Source of the DNA: Eledone cirrhosa
Lineage: Eukaryota
Length of the DNA: 64,000 bases
Assembly: GCA_964016885.1 (NCBI GenBank)
Contig: OZ024740.1
Coordinates: forward strand, 391,406,001 to 391,470,000
Reading direction: 5' to 3'
How positions within the stretch are numbered: position 1 is the stretch's first letter; each line of letters begins with the position of its first letter. This document shows, in pieces, positions 34,091 to 46,400 of this stretch. Under the pieces are notes generated by a model. The model was given only the letters and a program-made list of their open reading frames with translations. It was not told where the DNA came from and did no database searches. The translations under genes were made by a program, and so were the position numbers.

Positions 34091-37000
34091 ATGACCTCAC
34101 TCAGAATAGGCAGCATAAATGCGCGTGGCTTGGGGTCGTCATGGAAGCAGGGTCACCTGCTCAACGACCTCAGGTCACTAAACATAGATGTAGTGGCCAT
34201 CAGCGAGACCAGAATCTCCGAAGCACGGGCCTTCGCACCGATCTTCGGCGGCTACGATGTGTACGCATCTCCCAGCCGTCCTGGGTCGGCTGGAGGAGTT
34301 GCTGTGCTTTTTCGGAGAGGTTTGGATCTCGCCATACGGGCCATCTTCCTGGACCCAGAGGGTAAGCTGGTGGTGCTGGACGTGACCAGCGGAGACGGGC
34401 AAGCTTTCAGGCTAGTGGCCGTCTATGCCCCGACAGGAGCAGGGCGGCCTGATTTCTTCCGGCGTCTGGAGACCTTTCTTGGAACGTCCCGCTCTTTAGT
34501 GTTAGTGGGCGACTGGAACGGGATCTTAGATGCACGCTGGGACTGTGTGGGATTAGCGGATAGGGGTGGAGGGTGCAAGAGCCTCACCAACCTGCTCAGG
34601 CGTTTTGAACTGTCTGACAGGTACCGATTGGATTTCCCGAATGTTCCAATGTGGACTTGGACAAACCGCATAGGGTCATCCAGATCATATCTAGATAGAG
34701 TATTTTGTAGGGAAATAGATAGGTCTAGCATAGGCTGTCCACAATTCAAGATAGTCAGCTACACGGACCTCAAATTCGTAATCTGTGTGCTTGACTTAGA
34801 TAGGCTTCATAGACGAGGACCCGGCTACTGGAAGCTAAACGCGTCCTTACCAGCGCGCAAGGCCTACAGAGACCGGATTAGCGAACTAGTTAAGCGGGCG
34901 TTGACGGGGGCCATCGTCAACAACAAGTGGTGGTTTGCTCTGAAAAGAGCGATTAGAATAGAATCGATTAGGTTTAGTAAGGCTTTAGCAATAGAGAAAA
35001 ATAGAGCAGAGGGAGAACTAGTTAGAAAATTAGACGAGGCGCTTAGCAAAGGCATTGCGACCGACGTGCGTGCGGCGAAATTGGCCCTTGACCAATTCTT
35101 CAATGCAAAGCACGAAGGCTGCGTTGTCAGAGCAAGGGTGCGTGCTCTCAGACACGAGGGGACGAAAGCCGTTCAATGGGCCCGAGTGGCGGAGGCGCGT
35201 CGTGGCAACAAAGCCACGATCCGGTCTTTGGTGGACCACGACGGGCGCATGCTACTCGATCCCGGGCAAATGTGTGAAGCTTTTCAGCGACACTTCGCTC
35301 AGCTGTTCGGGGGCAGCGGTGGGCCGGGTAGAGGGATGGACTTTAGTGTCTACCTCGACGGACTGCCGCGGCTCTCGGCCACTGAGGCGAAGTGTTGCGA
35401 AAAGCCGATAACAGCCGCTGAAGTAAGGGAGGCAATGACTGGCTGCACAAGGGGTAAATCGCCTGGTTTGGATGGTCTGCCCTATGAACTTTACGTACAG
35501 ATGCCAGACTTGTTCGGAGGCCTCTTGGCGGACGTCTACTGCAACTGGCAACAGAACGGGAGAATTCCCAGTTCTGTGAGCCGAGGAACGGTGGCTCTGC
35601 TGAGAAAGGATCCGAACAAGGGGGATAACATAGATAATTTCCGGCCCATAACTCTGCTAAACACAGAGTTCAAGATTTTGGCCAAGGTGCTAGCAAAGAG
35701 GTTGGCGCTTGTCGTTGGTGGTCTGGTGGGAGAGGCGCAGACATGCGTCATTCCCGACAGATCCATCCACGACAACCTCCACCTCATGCGATACATCATA
35801 GAGAGGGTAGCTAAGGAACCTGGCACGGGTGGGTCTTTGATCAATTTAGATCAGTCGAAAGCTTTCGATAGGGTCGACCATCGTTACCTAGCGGCAGTCC
35901 TGAGGGCGGCTGGCTTTGGGCCCGTCTTCAGAGGCTGGATCGCTGCCATGCACAGCGACATCTGCTCTGTAGTGAGAGTGAACGGTCACCTTTCGGAACC
36001 GTTCAACATCATGCGCTCGGTCCGCCAAGGATGTCCCCTCTCGTCCCTCTTGTACGTATTGACTCTCGAGCCATTACTGCACAAACTGGAGACGTTGAGG
36101 GGAGTCCCGCGCGAACTAGGATGCGGAAGATCCGTGTCAGCATATGCGGACGATGTCACCGTAGTGGTGTCGAACGCCAAACACATCGAGGCGATCGGCA
36201 CTACACTAAGAGAATACGAAGCGGTGACAGGAGCAATGATCAACCAGGAAAAGTCAGTGGGCCTGCAGCTCGGCACCTGGAGAGGCAGGTCCATGCCGTC
36301 CAACAGTGTCGTCGGAGGCTGGACGGACGGACCGGGTAAATTGCTAGGGGTCTGGTTCGGTCCGGACCTCCAGACGGACAAAAACTGGGACGAGGTGACG
36401 AGCAGGGTGGCTTCTCTCACCCAGAAATGGGCGGAGAGGAAGCTATCCCTGAAAGGTCGAGCGGAGGTGGCTAACGCGTACATCGCGTCTGTCATCTGCT
36501 ACCGCCTGACCGTCGTACCTTGTACTAAGCCTCGCCTGACTTCGCTGGAGCGTTTGCTCTTTCGCTTTTTGTGGAAGGGACGTGCTCCGATGGTCAGGTG
36601 GTCCATCTGTTGTCAACACCCGCTACGTGGAGGGCTGGGCATGCCGTGGCTGATGATGCGCAGGCACGCGCTCAGGCTACGACATCTCCACCTCTTCCTC
36701 GACGGTGATCAGGTGTGGTCGCCGTTTGCTAGACGCGTATTTCCCCAGCTCGTTTCCTTGACGGAGCTGCAGTCCTGGGTCAAGCGACGACCGAGAGGGA
36801 GCGCCTGGAGACTGGAATGTCTTCAGGCGCTCACAGCCCTCGACCAATCGGGCAATGTGATCGGTGGAAACTCCACCTCGGCGTTCTATAGAGGATTAGT
36901 GGAGGGGAAGAGCGAAGACGTACTTGGGGAAACTCTAGGCGTCGACGAAAATCAACTAGCCAATCTCTTCGGAAGGACTTTCGGGCCGGGGCCTATGGAC

Positions 37001-37510
37001 AACTTCCAGAAATCTCTGGCCTGGCAGTGCTACCGAGGAGCCTTGCCAGTTCGGGATAAACTCTACAGGCATGGAGGTACCGTCAGCCGGGCATGTCCGA
37101 GATGCGCGCAGGGCGACGAAACCGTCCTGCACGCACTCGTCCAGTGTCCGAGCATTGCTGACTTGTGGGTTTATGTCGAACACCTGCTGTCGCGTTTAGG
37201 ACGGATCCGGCTATCATCTGAGTCCATCGTGAGGATTGCCCCGCCCTCCTCCTTTAGCCGGGAAGGGCAGGCAGTTTTTATCTGTCTGGTGGCCATGGCG
37301 AAAGAGATAGTATGGTGGACACGTTTGAAAGGGCTGAAGACGAGCACTTACCTCTTCGGTGATGCTCTGATTGACTTTTCCAAATTTCATTTGAAAAGGA
37401 AAATCAGAGTAGAGAGGGAAGTGCTCTCTTCCCAGCATTTTGTTGAAAGATGGGTGAGAGAAGCAAGAATGGCCCGAGTGAATGGGCCTACTCTGAGTAT
37501 ATATCTGTAA
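34091..37510 (+). CDS. ORF2 polyprotein (APE-RT-CCHC), open 1139 aa, but catalytic TDH changed to TDL
   Basis: Same motifs as A1; codon 34769-34771 is CTC where A1 and A2 have CAC. Confidence 0.95.
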   Translation: MTSLRIGSINARGLGSSWKQGHLLNDLRSLNIDVVAISETRISEARAFAPIFGGYDVYASPSRPGSAGGVAVLFRRGLDLAIRAIFLDPEGKLVVLDVTSGDGQAFRLVAVYAPTGAGRPDFFRRLETFLGTSRSLVLVGDWNGILDARWDCVGLADRGGGCKSLTNLLRRFELSDRYRLDFPNVPMWTWTNRIGSSRSYLDRVFCREIDRSSIGCPQFKIVSYTDLKFVICVLDLDRLHRRGPGYWKLNASLPARKAYRDRISELVKRALTGAIVNNKWWFALKRAIRIESIRFSKALAIEKNRAEGELVRKLDEALSKGIATDVRAAKLALDQFFNAKHEGCVVRARVRALRHEGTKAVQWARVAEARRGNKATIRSLVDHDGRMLLDPGQMCEAFQRHFAQLFGGSGGPGRGMDFSVYLDGLPRLSATEAKCCEKPITAAEVREAMTGCTRGKSPGLDGLPYELYVQMPDLFGGLLADVYCNWQQNGRIPSSVSRGTVALLRKDPNKGDNIDNFRPITLLNTEFKILAKVLAKRLALVVGGLVGEAQTCVIPDRSIHDNLHLMRYIIERVAKEPGTGGSLINLDQSKAFDRVDHRYLAAVLRAAGFGPVFRGWIAAMHSDICSVVRVNGHLSEPFNIMRSVRQGCPLSSLLYVLTLEPLLHKLETLRGVPRELGCGRSVSAYADDVTVVVSNAKHIEAIGTTLREYEAVTGAMINQEKSVGLQLGTWRGRSMPSNSVVGGWTDGPGKLLGVWFGPDLQTDKNWDEVTSRVASLTQKWAERKLSLKGRAEVANAYIASVICYRLTVVPCTKPRLTSLERLLFRFLWKGRAPMVRWSICCQHPLRGGLGMPWLMMRRHALRLRHLHLFLDGDQVWSPFARRVFPQLVSLTELQSWVKRRPRGSAWRLECLQALTALDQSGNVIGGNSTSAFYRGLVEGKSEDVLGETLGVDENQLANLFGRTFGPGPMDNFQKSLAWQCYRGALPVRDKLYRHGGTVSRACPRCAQGDETVLHALVQCPSIADLWVYVEHLLSRLGRIRLSSESIVRIAPPSSFSREGQAVFICLVAMAKEIVWWTRLKGLKTSTYLFGDALIDFSKFHLKRKIRVEREVLSSQHFVERWVREARMARVNGPTLSIYL

Positions 37511-37759
37511 ATTAAAGGTGGAAAACTGGGAGAGGGCACTTGCCTTGGTGGTCAGGGTCATTGTGGCTTTTTACTGGGCTTTCTCCACAAATGTCCCTCT
37601 GAAGTCTCCCCCCTATTGGGGAATTTTTCATTGTTATTTTTTGTTACATCCTCTTTTTTTGGTTTTTTACACGCAGAAATGCCCATTTGTACCGTCCTGC
37701 ATTGTCCTGCACTGTCCTTAATGTCTACTTTATGTAAACCCTTGTGGTTAATAAAGAAA

Positions 37760-37806
<47 letters not shown>

Positions 37807-38013
37807 GGCGACCTACGTATTAAATCGTATCATCGTGAGCTCCGCAAAGGTTTGTTATTTCCGTTTGTTAAAAATTGCCATTTATGGAAAATTTTATTGT
37901 TAACTGTTTATAAGCACACATACATTGTTTTCCGAAAAGGACACCCAAAAAGATTGGGGCCTTGTGCCCAAAATTTTAACTTTTATTATTATCAAAAAAT
38001 TTCTTTGAAAGAA

Positions 38014-39971
38014 ATGGCTACTTCACCTCTGCACGAAGCAGCTGAAAGCCTTCCTCACAAAATAACACCTCACACCGACACCACCATTGTAAATGTTACT
38101 ACGTTTGCCAACACAAAAAAAATATAAGCAGTAGCAATATTTTAAATTTGTCTCAGGCAGACATTCATTTCCCGCCATTACCAATGACTGCAGGTGTTAA
38201 AGCCTCCACCACCACCACCACCACCGCGACAACCACCACCACCACCACCACGACAACAGAAACAAAAGAAGAAAAAAATAAATTAACTCGTGATGTCGAA
38301 ATGAAATCAAGCAAAATGGACTCTTCCCCACCAAAGACGACTGACGTCACCACAACCACAACTGAAACTAAAATTAATATTAACGATAGCAACAACAACA
38401 ACAATGACATTATAAAACCCCCCTCAGTTTCGCCAGAGTAGCAAAACAATTCGAAGCATTTACCGTAACTCAGGAAGATTTAGAAAATGCCGAACAAATG
38501 GTAAAGAAAGATGGGTACAGGGTCAGCCTCACCCCCCACCTAATAAAATGGAGCATCGGCACCTATGCACCGTGTCGTATAGAACAATAAATGTAAAATC
38601 GCGCCGAGTGGAACGGGCATCCGAGTCCCAAATCCAAAAAGCTAACCCACATCAGACGTGGGCAAAAGTATGGAACCGTGGACGTGTTCTTTGAAACACC
38701 AGAGGAGGCTAGAGAACACTCAATGGCACCATTAAAAAGTGACGACTTCACACTCGTCCCAAGCTATTGTGGCCAGAGACTCGTAAAGATCAGGGTGACC
38801 CACGTTCCACCGGCCATCGAAATTCCCTGGCTAATAGCGGCCGTCCTCGCCGGCATCGATGCCAACACGAAAATAATAGCAATAGCAAAAGAAAAGCAGG
38901 AAAACTGGTCCGGATCTGGGATGGAGCTCCTGATCCAAGCGAACCAAAAAAGCATTGAGGAGATCCCAGAGGTAATAGACCTCACTGACGGCAGCCACCT
39001 CACGGTAATTGTCGAGGGCAGAAGACCTAGGTGTGTCGTTTGTGGTGAAGGAACCCACCTAAGGGCTTTCTGCCCTCAGGCTAAAAGGTTGAGGCCACCT
39101 CTCCTACCCACCCCAGTGACACAACCATCAACACCACCAGTAGCAGAGATGGCAGCAACAACTGTAGCAGCAACAACAGAAGCAACTATAACAGCAACAA
39201 CCCCAGCAACAGTAGCAAAACCAACACCACCAACACCACCACCAGCAAAACCAACACCACCACCACCACCACCCAACGCTTCAGAACTAGCACCAGCGCC
39301 TACACCATCCACCACGCCACAACCAAAACTAACGGCTGTGGAGGATTTTCCACTCCCCGGCCTATCACAACTGGAGACAGATTGTGACGACGAGGAGTGG
39401 GAAACGATATCCGGAAAAAAAAAAGAAACCAAAAAAGAAAAAATTCTCTTCCTTCCCCCTCCAAAAACAAAATACAGAGGGAAACAAATAAATTAAGAAA
39501 CAAAAAAGTTAGGACAGATATGCCACCATCCACACCAGCATCACCAACCCCATCAACCCAAACACCAACACCATCACCATCATTAACCCCAACACCACCA
39601 TCACCTACACCACAAAAGTCACCAAAATGCGAAACAGAAACAAACCCACAACAAACGCAAACAACCAAAACGATACACACTACACAGCATTAAATTTGAA
39701 CAACAAGCAATTATTACACTACATCCAACACAACACCAGCATCACAGAAAAAGACTACACAACAACCCCCAAATTCACACCACCTCCACACATACAAATC
39801 ACTCGCATCACACAGAAAACGTACATGACACTAAAACAAAAATTCCACAAAGACATCGGAGACTTCCGACAAGCACTCTCCAGGAGGATTTATAATGACA
39901 TCCTTCCTGAGGAGGCCACAAGCAGTGAAAAGGATGGAAAAACCGTCCTTCCCCTACGAGAAGTAAGGTAA
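38014..39971 (+). pseudogene. Disrupted ORF1 type A
   Basis: Frameshifts near 38120, 38420, 39420 and 39660, and a deletion near 38643 relative to A1. Confidence 0.9.
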
Positions 39972-40005
39972 GTGGTCTTTCCCATCTTTTCCACTCCTTT
40001 TCAAC

Positions 40006-43000
40006 ATGACCTCACTCAGAATAGGCAGCATAAATGCGCGTGGCTTGGGGTCGTCATGGAAGCAGGGCCACCTGCTCAACGACCTCAGGTCACTAAACAT
40101 AGATGTAGTGGCCATCAGCGAGACCAGAATCTCCGAAGCACGGGCTTTCGCACCGATCTTCGGCGGCTACGATGTGTACGCATCTCCCAGCCGTCCGGGA
40201 TCGGGGGGAGGAGTTGCTGTGCTTTTTCGGAGAGGTTTGGATCTTGCCATACGGGCCATCTTCCTGGACCCAGAAGGTAAGTTGGTGGTGCTGGACGTGA
40301 CCAGCGGAGACGGGCGAGCTTTCAGGTTAGTGGCCGTCTATGCCCCGACAGGAGCAGGGCGGCCTGATTTCTTCCGGCGTCTGGAGACCTTTCTTGGAAC
40401 GTCCCGCTCTTTAGTGTTAGTGGGCGACTGGAACGGGATCTTAGATGCACGCTGGGATTGTGTGGGATTAGTGGATAGGGATGGAGAGTGCAAGAGTCTC
40501 ACCAACCTGCTCAGACGTTTTGAACTGTCTGACAGGTACCGAATGGATTTCCCGAATGTACCAATGTGGACTTGGACAAATCGCATAGGGTCATCCAGAT
40601 CATATCTAGATAGAGTATTTTGTAGGGAAATAGATAGGTCTAGCATAGGCTGTCCACAATTCAAGATAGTCAGCTACACGGACCACAAATTCGTGATCTG
40701 TGTGCTTGACTTAGATAGGCTTCATAGACGAGGACCCGGCTACTGGAAGCTAAACGCGTCCTTACCAGCGCGCAAGGCCTACAGAGACCGGATTAGCGAA
40801 CTAGTTAAGCGGGCGTTGACGGGGGCCATCGTCAACAACAAGTGGTGGTTTGCTCTGAAAAGAGCAATTAGAATAGAGTCCATTAGGTTTAGTAAGACTT
40901 TAGCAATAGAGAAAAATAGAGCAGAGGGAGAATTATTTAGAAAATTAGATGAGGCGCTTAGCAAAGGCATCACGACCGACGTACTTGCGGCGAAATTGGC
41001 CCTTGACCAATTCTTCAATGCAAAGCACGAAGGCTGCATTGTCAGAGCTAGGGTGCGTGCTCTCAGACACGAGGGGACGAAAGCCGTTCCATGGGCCCGA
41101 GTGGCGGAGGCGCGTCGTGGCAACAAAGCCACGATCCGGTCTTTGGTGGACAACGACTGGCGCATGCTACTCGATCCCGGGCAAATGTGTGAAGCTTTTC
41201 AGCGACACTTCGCTCAACTGTTCGGGGGCAGTGGCGGGCCAGATCGAGGGATGGACTTTAGTGTCTACCTCGACGGACTGCCGCGGCTTTCGGCCACTGA
41301 GGCGGAGTGTTGCGAAAAGCCGATAACAACCGCTGAAGTACGGGATGCAATGACTAGTTGCACAAGGGGTAAATCGCCTGGTTTGGATGGTCTGCCCTAT
41401 GAACTTTACGTACAAATGCCAAACTTGTTCGGAGGCCTCTTGGCGGACGTCTACTGCAACTGGCAATAGAACGGGAGAATTCCCAGCTCTGTGAGCCGAG
41501 GAGCGGTGGCGCTGCTGAGAAAGGATCCGAACAAGGGGGATAACATAGATAATTTTAGGCCCATAACTCTGCTAAACACAGAGTTCAAGATTTTGGCCAA
41601 GGTGCTAGCAAAGAGGTTGGCGCTTGTCGTTGGTGGTCTGGTGGGAGAGGCACAGACATGCGCCATTCCCGACAGATCCATCCACGACAACCTCCACCTC
41701 ATGCGATACATCGTAGAGAGGGTAGCTAGGGAACCTTGCACGGGTGGGTCTTTGATCAATTTAGATCAGTCGAAAGCCTTCGATAGGGTCGACCATCGTT
41801 ACCTAGCGGCAGTCCTGAGGGCGGCTGGCTTTGGGCCCGTCTTCAGAGGCTGGATCGCTGCCATGCACAGCGACATCTGCTCTGTAGTGAGAGTGAACGG
41901 TCACCTTTCGGAACCGTTCAACATCATGCGCTCGGTCCGCCAAGGATGTCCCCTCTCGTCCCTATTGTACGATTGACTCTCGAGCCATTACTGCACAAAC
42001 TGGAGACGTTGAGGGGGGTCCCGCGCGAACTAGGATGCGGAAGATCCGTGTCAGCATATGCGGACGATGTCACCGTAGTGGTGTCGAACGCCAAACACAT
42101 CGAGGCGATCGGCACTACACTAAGAGAATACGAAGCGGTGACAGGAGCAATGATCAACCAGGAAAAGTCAGTGGGCCTGCAGCTCGGCACCTGGAGAGGC
42201 AGGTCCATGCCGTCCAACAGCGTCGTCGGGCGCTGGACGGACGGACCGGTTAAATTGCTAGGGGTCTGGTTCGGTCCAGACCTCCAGACGGACAAAAACT
42301 GGGACGAGGTGACGAGCAGGGTGGCTTCCCTCACCCAGAAATGGGCCGAGAGGAAGCTATCCCTGAAAGGTCGAGCGGAGGTGGCTAACGCGTACATCGC
42401 ATCCGTCATCTACTACCGCCTGACCGTCGTACCTTGTCCTAAGCCCCGCCTGACTGCGCTGGAGCGTTTGCTCTTTCGCTTCTTGTGGAAGGGACGCGCT
42501 CCGATGGTCAGGCGGTCCATCTGCTGTCAACACCCGCTACGTGGAGGGCTGGGCATGCCGTGGCTGATGATGCGCAGACACGCGCTCAGGCTACGACATC
42601 TCCACCTCTTCCTCGACGGTGATCAGGTGTGGTCGCCGTTTGCGAGACACGCTTTTCCCCAGCTCGTCTACTTGACGGAGCTGCAGTCCTGCGTCAAGCG
42701 AAGACCGAGAGGGAGCGCTTGGAGACTGGAATGTCTTCAGGCGCTCACAGCCCTCGACCAATCGGGCAATGTGATCGGTGGAAACTCCACCTTGGCGTTC
42801 TATAGGGGATTAGTGGAGGGGAAGAGCGACGACGTACTTGGAGAAACTCTAGGCGTCGACGAAAATCAACTAGCCAATCTCTTCAGAAGGACTTTCGGGC
42901 CGGGGCCTATGGACAACTTCCAGAAATCCCTGGCCTGGCAGTGCTACCGAGGAGCTTTGCCAGTTCGGGATAAACTCTACAGGCATGGAGGTGCCGTCAG

Positions 43001-43424
43001 CCGGGCATGTCCGAGATGCGCGCAGGGCGACGAAACCGTCCTGCACGCACTCGTCCAGTGTCCGAGCATTGCTGACTTGTGGGTTTATGTCGAACACCTG
43101 CTGTCACGTGTAGGACGGATCCAGCTATCAGCTGAGTCCATCGTGAGGATTGTCCCGCCCCTTTCCTTTAGCCGGGAAGGGCAGGCAGTTTTTATCTGTC
43201 TGGTGGCCATGGCGAAAGAGATAGTATGGTGGACACGTTTGAAAGGGCTGAAGACGAGCACTTACCTCTTCGGTGATGCCCTGATTAACTTTTTCAAATT
43301 TCATTTGAAAAGGAAAATCAGGGTAGAGAGGGAAGTGCTCTCTTCCCAGCATTTTGTTGAAAGATGGGTGAGAGAAGCAAGTATGGACCGAATGAATGGG
43401 CCTTCTCTGAGTATGTGTCTGTAA
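40006..43424 (+). pseudogene. Disrupted ORF2
   Basis: CAG to TAG at 41467-41469; 1-nt deletion near 41972. Confidence 0.92.
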
Positions 43425-43667
43425 ATTAAAGGTGGAAAACTGGGAGAGGGCACTTGCCCTGGTGGTCAGGGCCACTGTGGTCTTTTAATGGGCTTTCTCC
43501 ACAAATGCCCCTCGGAAGTCTCCCCCCTATTGGGGAATTTTTCTTTGTTATTTTATTTCAACCTCTGTTTTTTTTACACGCAGAAATGCCCATTTGTACC
43601 GTCCTGTATTGTCCTGTACTGTCCTTAATGTCTACTTTATGTAAACCCTTGTGGTTAATAAAGAAAA

Positions 43668-43726
<59 letters not shown>

Positions 43727-44022
43727 GTAGTAGTAGTAAATATATTTTCTGTTAAACGAAATGCTTCCATTTCTTCTTGCTGAATTACTATTACTATTAA
43801 TACAACATTATTGTAATTAAAGTAATAATTATGGAACTGCTAATAAATATCTTTCTCCCAATCTCACCATGCTAAACTTTAAGTGTATAACGTCCAAGAG
43901 TTTTCTTTGTTCCAATGTACCGAATGTTTGACACAAAACTGCAAGAACTTATTAGGAAAAACACGACCTTGACAAAAGAGAAAACTTAGGATATCTGTCT
44001 GGTAAAACATTATTTTTTATCA

Positions 44023-44027
44023 ACACA

Positions 44028-44058
<31 letters not shown>

Positions 44059-44658
44059 GCAAACACACAAACACACACATACACATGTGTATATAAAGGG
44101 TGTAAAAAAAAATATACACACTTCAACAGCATTCTAATAAAAGTGAGACTACATTTTTTGGGGACACTCTGTATACATGTATTATGTGTGAGTGTGAGTA
44201 TGACTGCACGCATGTGCGTATGTGTGGTTATGTAGTTGTGGGAATGTGCATGTACATTTACATATATCTCAACTGAAAAAATGTCTATGGTTTGACGCAT
44301 ATATATATATATATATGCTCGAATGTATGTATTCACATACATACACACATACACACATATATATACACACACACATACAGACACATATATATACACACAC
44401 ATACACACACATATGCACACACACACGCACATACACGCACACATACACACATACACATACATACATGCACACATACACACACACACATACACACACATAC
44501 GCACACACATACACGCACACATACACACACATACACACATACACACACACATACACACACATACACGCACAAATACACACATGCACACACATACACACAC
44601 ACATACGCACATACATACACACACATACACGCACAAATAGACACACACATACATACAC

Positions 44659-44713
<55 letters not shown>

Positions 44714-45815
44714 TACGTTATGTGAGTGTGTGATTGAATCTTTAGATCAATACTACTTCGATATAACTATATTCGGTAACTTGCTTCACTATTTTTATCG
44801 CCTGTACTATTTATCTATCTATTTGTCATCTCTCTTCTGCAATTCTTATTTTGCATTTTTCTTTTCGTTATTTTTATTACAAAGGCCTATCAGATTGATT
44901 TCCCAAGTGGCATAACTGAAACGACGGTAACGCTTACTCACATACATTCCAACATATACACACATAGGTACATTGCTATATATACACACACTCCTACATA
45001 TACACATAGGTACATACACACATAGGTACATTGCTACATATACACACGTGTGTATACATCCTACATACACACATAGATACATTGCTACATATACACACGT
45101 GTGTATACATTCCTACATACACACATAGATACATTGCTACATATACACACGTGTGTATACATTCCTACATACACACATAGATACATTGCTACATATACAC
45201 ACGTGTGTATACATTCCTACATACACACATAGATACATTGCTACATATACACACACATAGGTACAGAAAAAGCCCAAAATAACTACACGCAAACATCAAA
45301 CACTCTCGTGCTCGAGCGAACAGCGCACAAACACAGAAACATACAAGCACACACACACACACGCACATACACACACATATACATATACACCTACACACAC
45401 ACACACACACTTACACATACACACACACTTACACATATATACACACACACGCACACGCATACACATACACACACATACATACACACCTATACATACACAC
45501 ACATGCACATACACACACACATACACATACACACACACACACTTACACATACACACACACACGCACGCACACACACATACATACATACACACTTAACACA
45601 CACTTACACACACACTTACACACACATACACACACACACGCGCACACATACACGTACATTACACACACATACACACACACACCTACACACACACGCACAC
45701 ACAAAACACGCACACACACACATACATACACACTTACACACATACATACACATCTACACACATACATACACACACTTACACATACATACACACTTACGCA
45801 CACACACACACGAGC
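44023..45815. repeat. Compound (CA)/(TACA) simple-repeat region
   Basis: Direct observation. Confidence 0.9.
45020..45256. repeat. 52-bp minisatellite, about 4.5 copies
   Basis: gatacattgctacatatacacac recurs at 45076, 45128, 45180 and 45232. Confidence 0.9.
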
Positions 45816-46293
45816 ACATATATTTATATAGAACACTTTCATACCTGCAGATATTTCTCCATTTCAATCTTAATTTTTCCTGTTATGTTCTTTTCCTTTT
45901 TCATCAGCAATATCCATTTGTTATTAATCCACTGCCACCACACAGTCCGTTCCTAACCACAACACTTTCTGATATCTACAATATTCCCTGTTTGATAATT
46001 CTTCTAAGTCGCCCTCAATATCCACTCTTCTTTAGTTAGATAAAAACCAATATTATAATATGATCGACGTGGTAGATATACCATGGATGGGGAAGGGAAG
46101 GGAGTGTATGTATAGCAATATAGGGAATGCGAAAGAGCGAAAATAATAGAATTAGATGGGAGGTGAGTCCGTGGGTGGGGAAAAGCAGCAGGATTGCTTA
46201 AAAGAAATAGGATATGAAGGGTAATATGCCAGTGAGAGTCAGATAAAGAAAAATATTGACTATAAATCTAGTGCGGTGAGTAAACGAGTAAGT

Positions 46294-46296
<3 letters not shown>

Positions 46297-46378
<82 letters not shown>

Positions 46379-46400
46379 AGAGAGAGAGAGAGAGAGAGAG
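46297..46400. repeat. (GA)n microsatellite
   Basis: Direct observation. Confidence 0.95.

Larger units (their letters stand above)
31743..37806 (+). mobile_element. Full-length L1/Tx1-type element, copy B (different 5'UTR and ORF1)
   Basis: Starts after (ATT)10 and ends AATAAA-GAAATC-(ATT)15. Confidence 0.95.
37807..43725 (+). mobile_element. Full-length but inactivated L1/Tx1-type element, copy A2
   Basis: Colinear with A1; ends (ATT)19 followed by (AGT)4. Confidence 0.95.

Noticed and set aside
26134-43783. Many antisense and alternative-frame ORFs repeated in each copy
   Set aside because: They are shadows of GC-rich or low-complexity ORF1/ORF2 and recur only because the copies are near-identical.
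45020-45256. CRISPR-like periodicity
   Set aside because: Identical tandem units with no unique spacers; this is a eukaryotic minisatellite.
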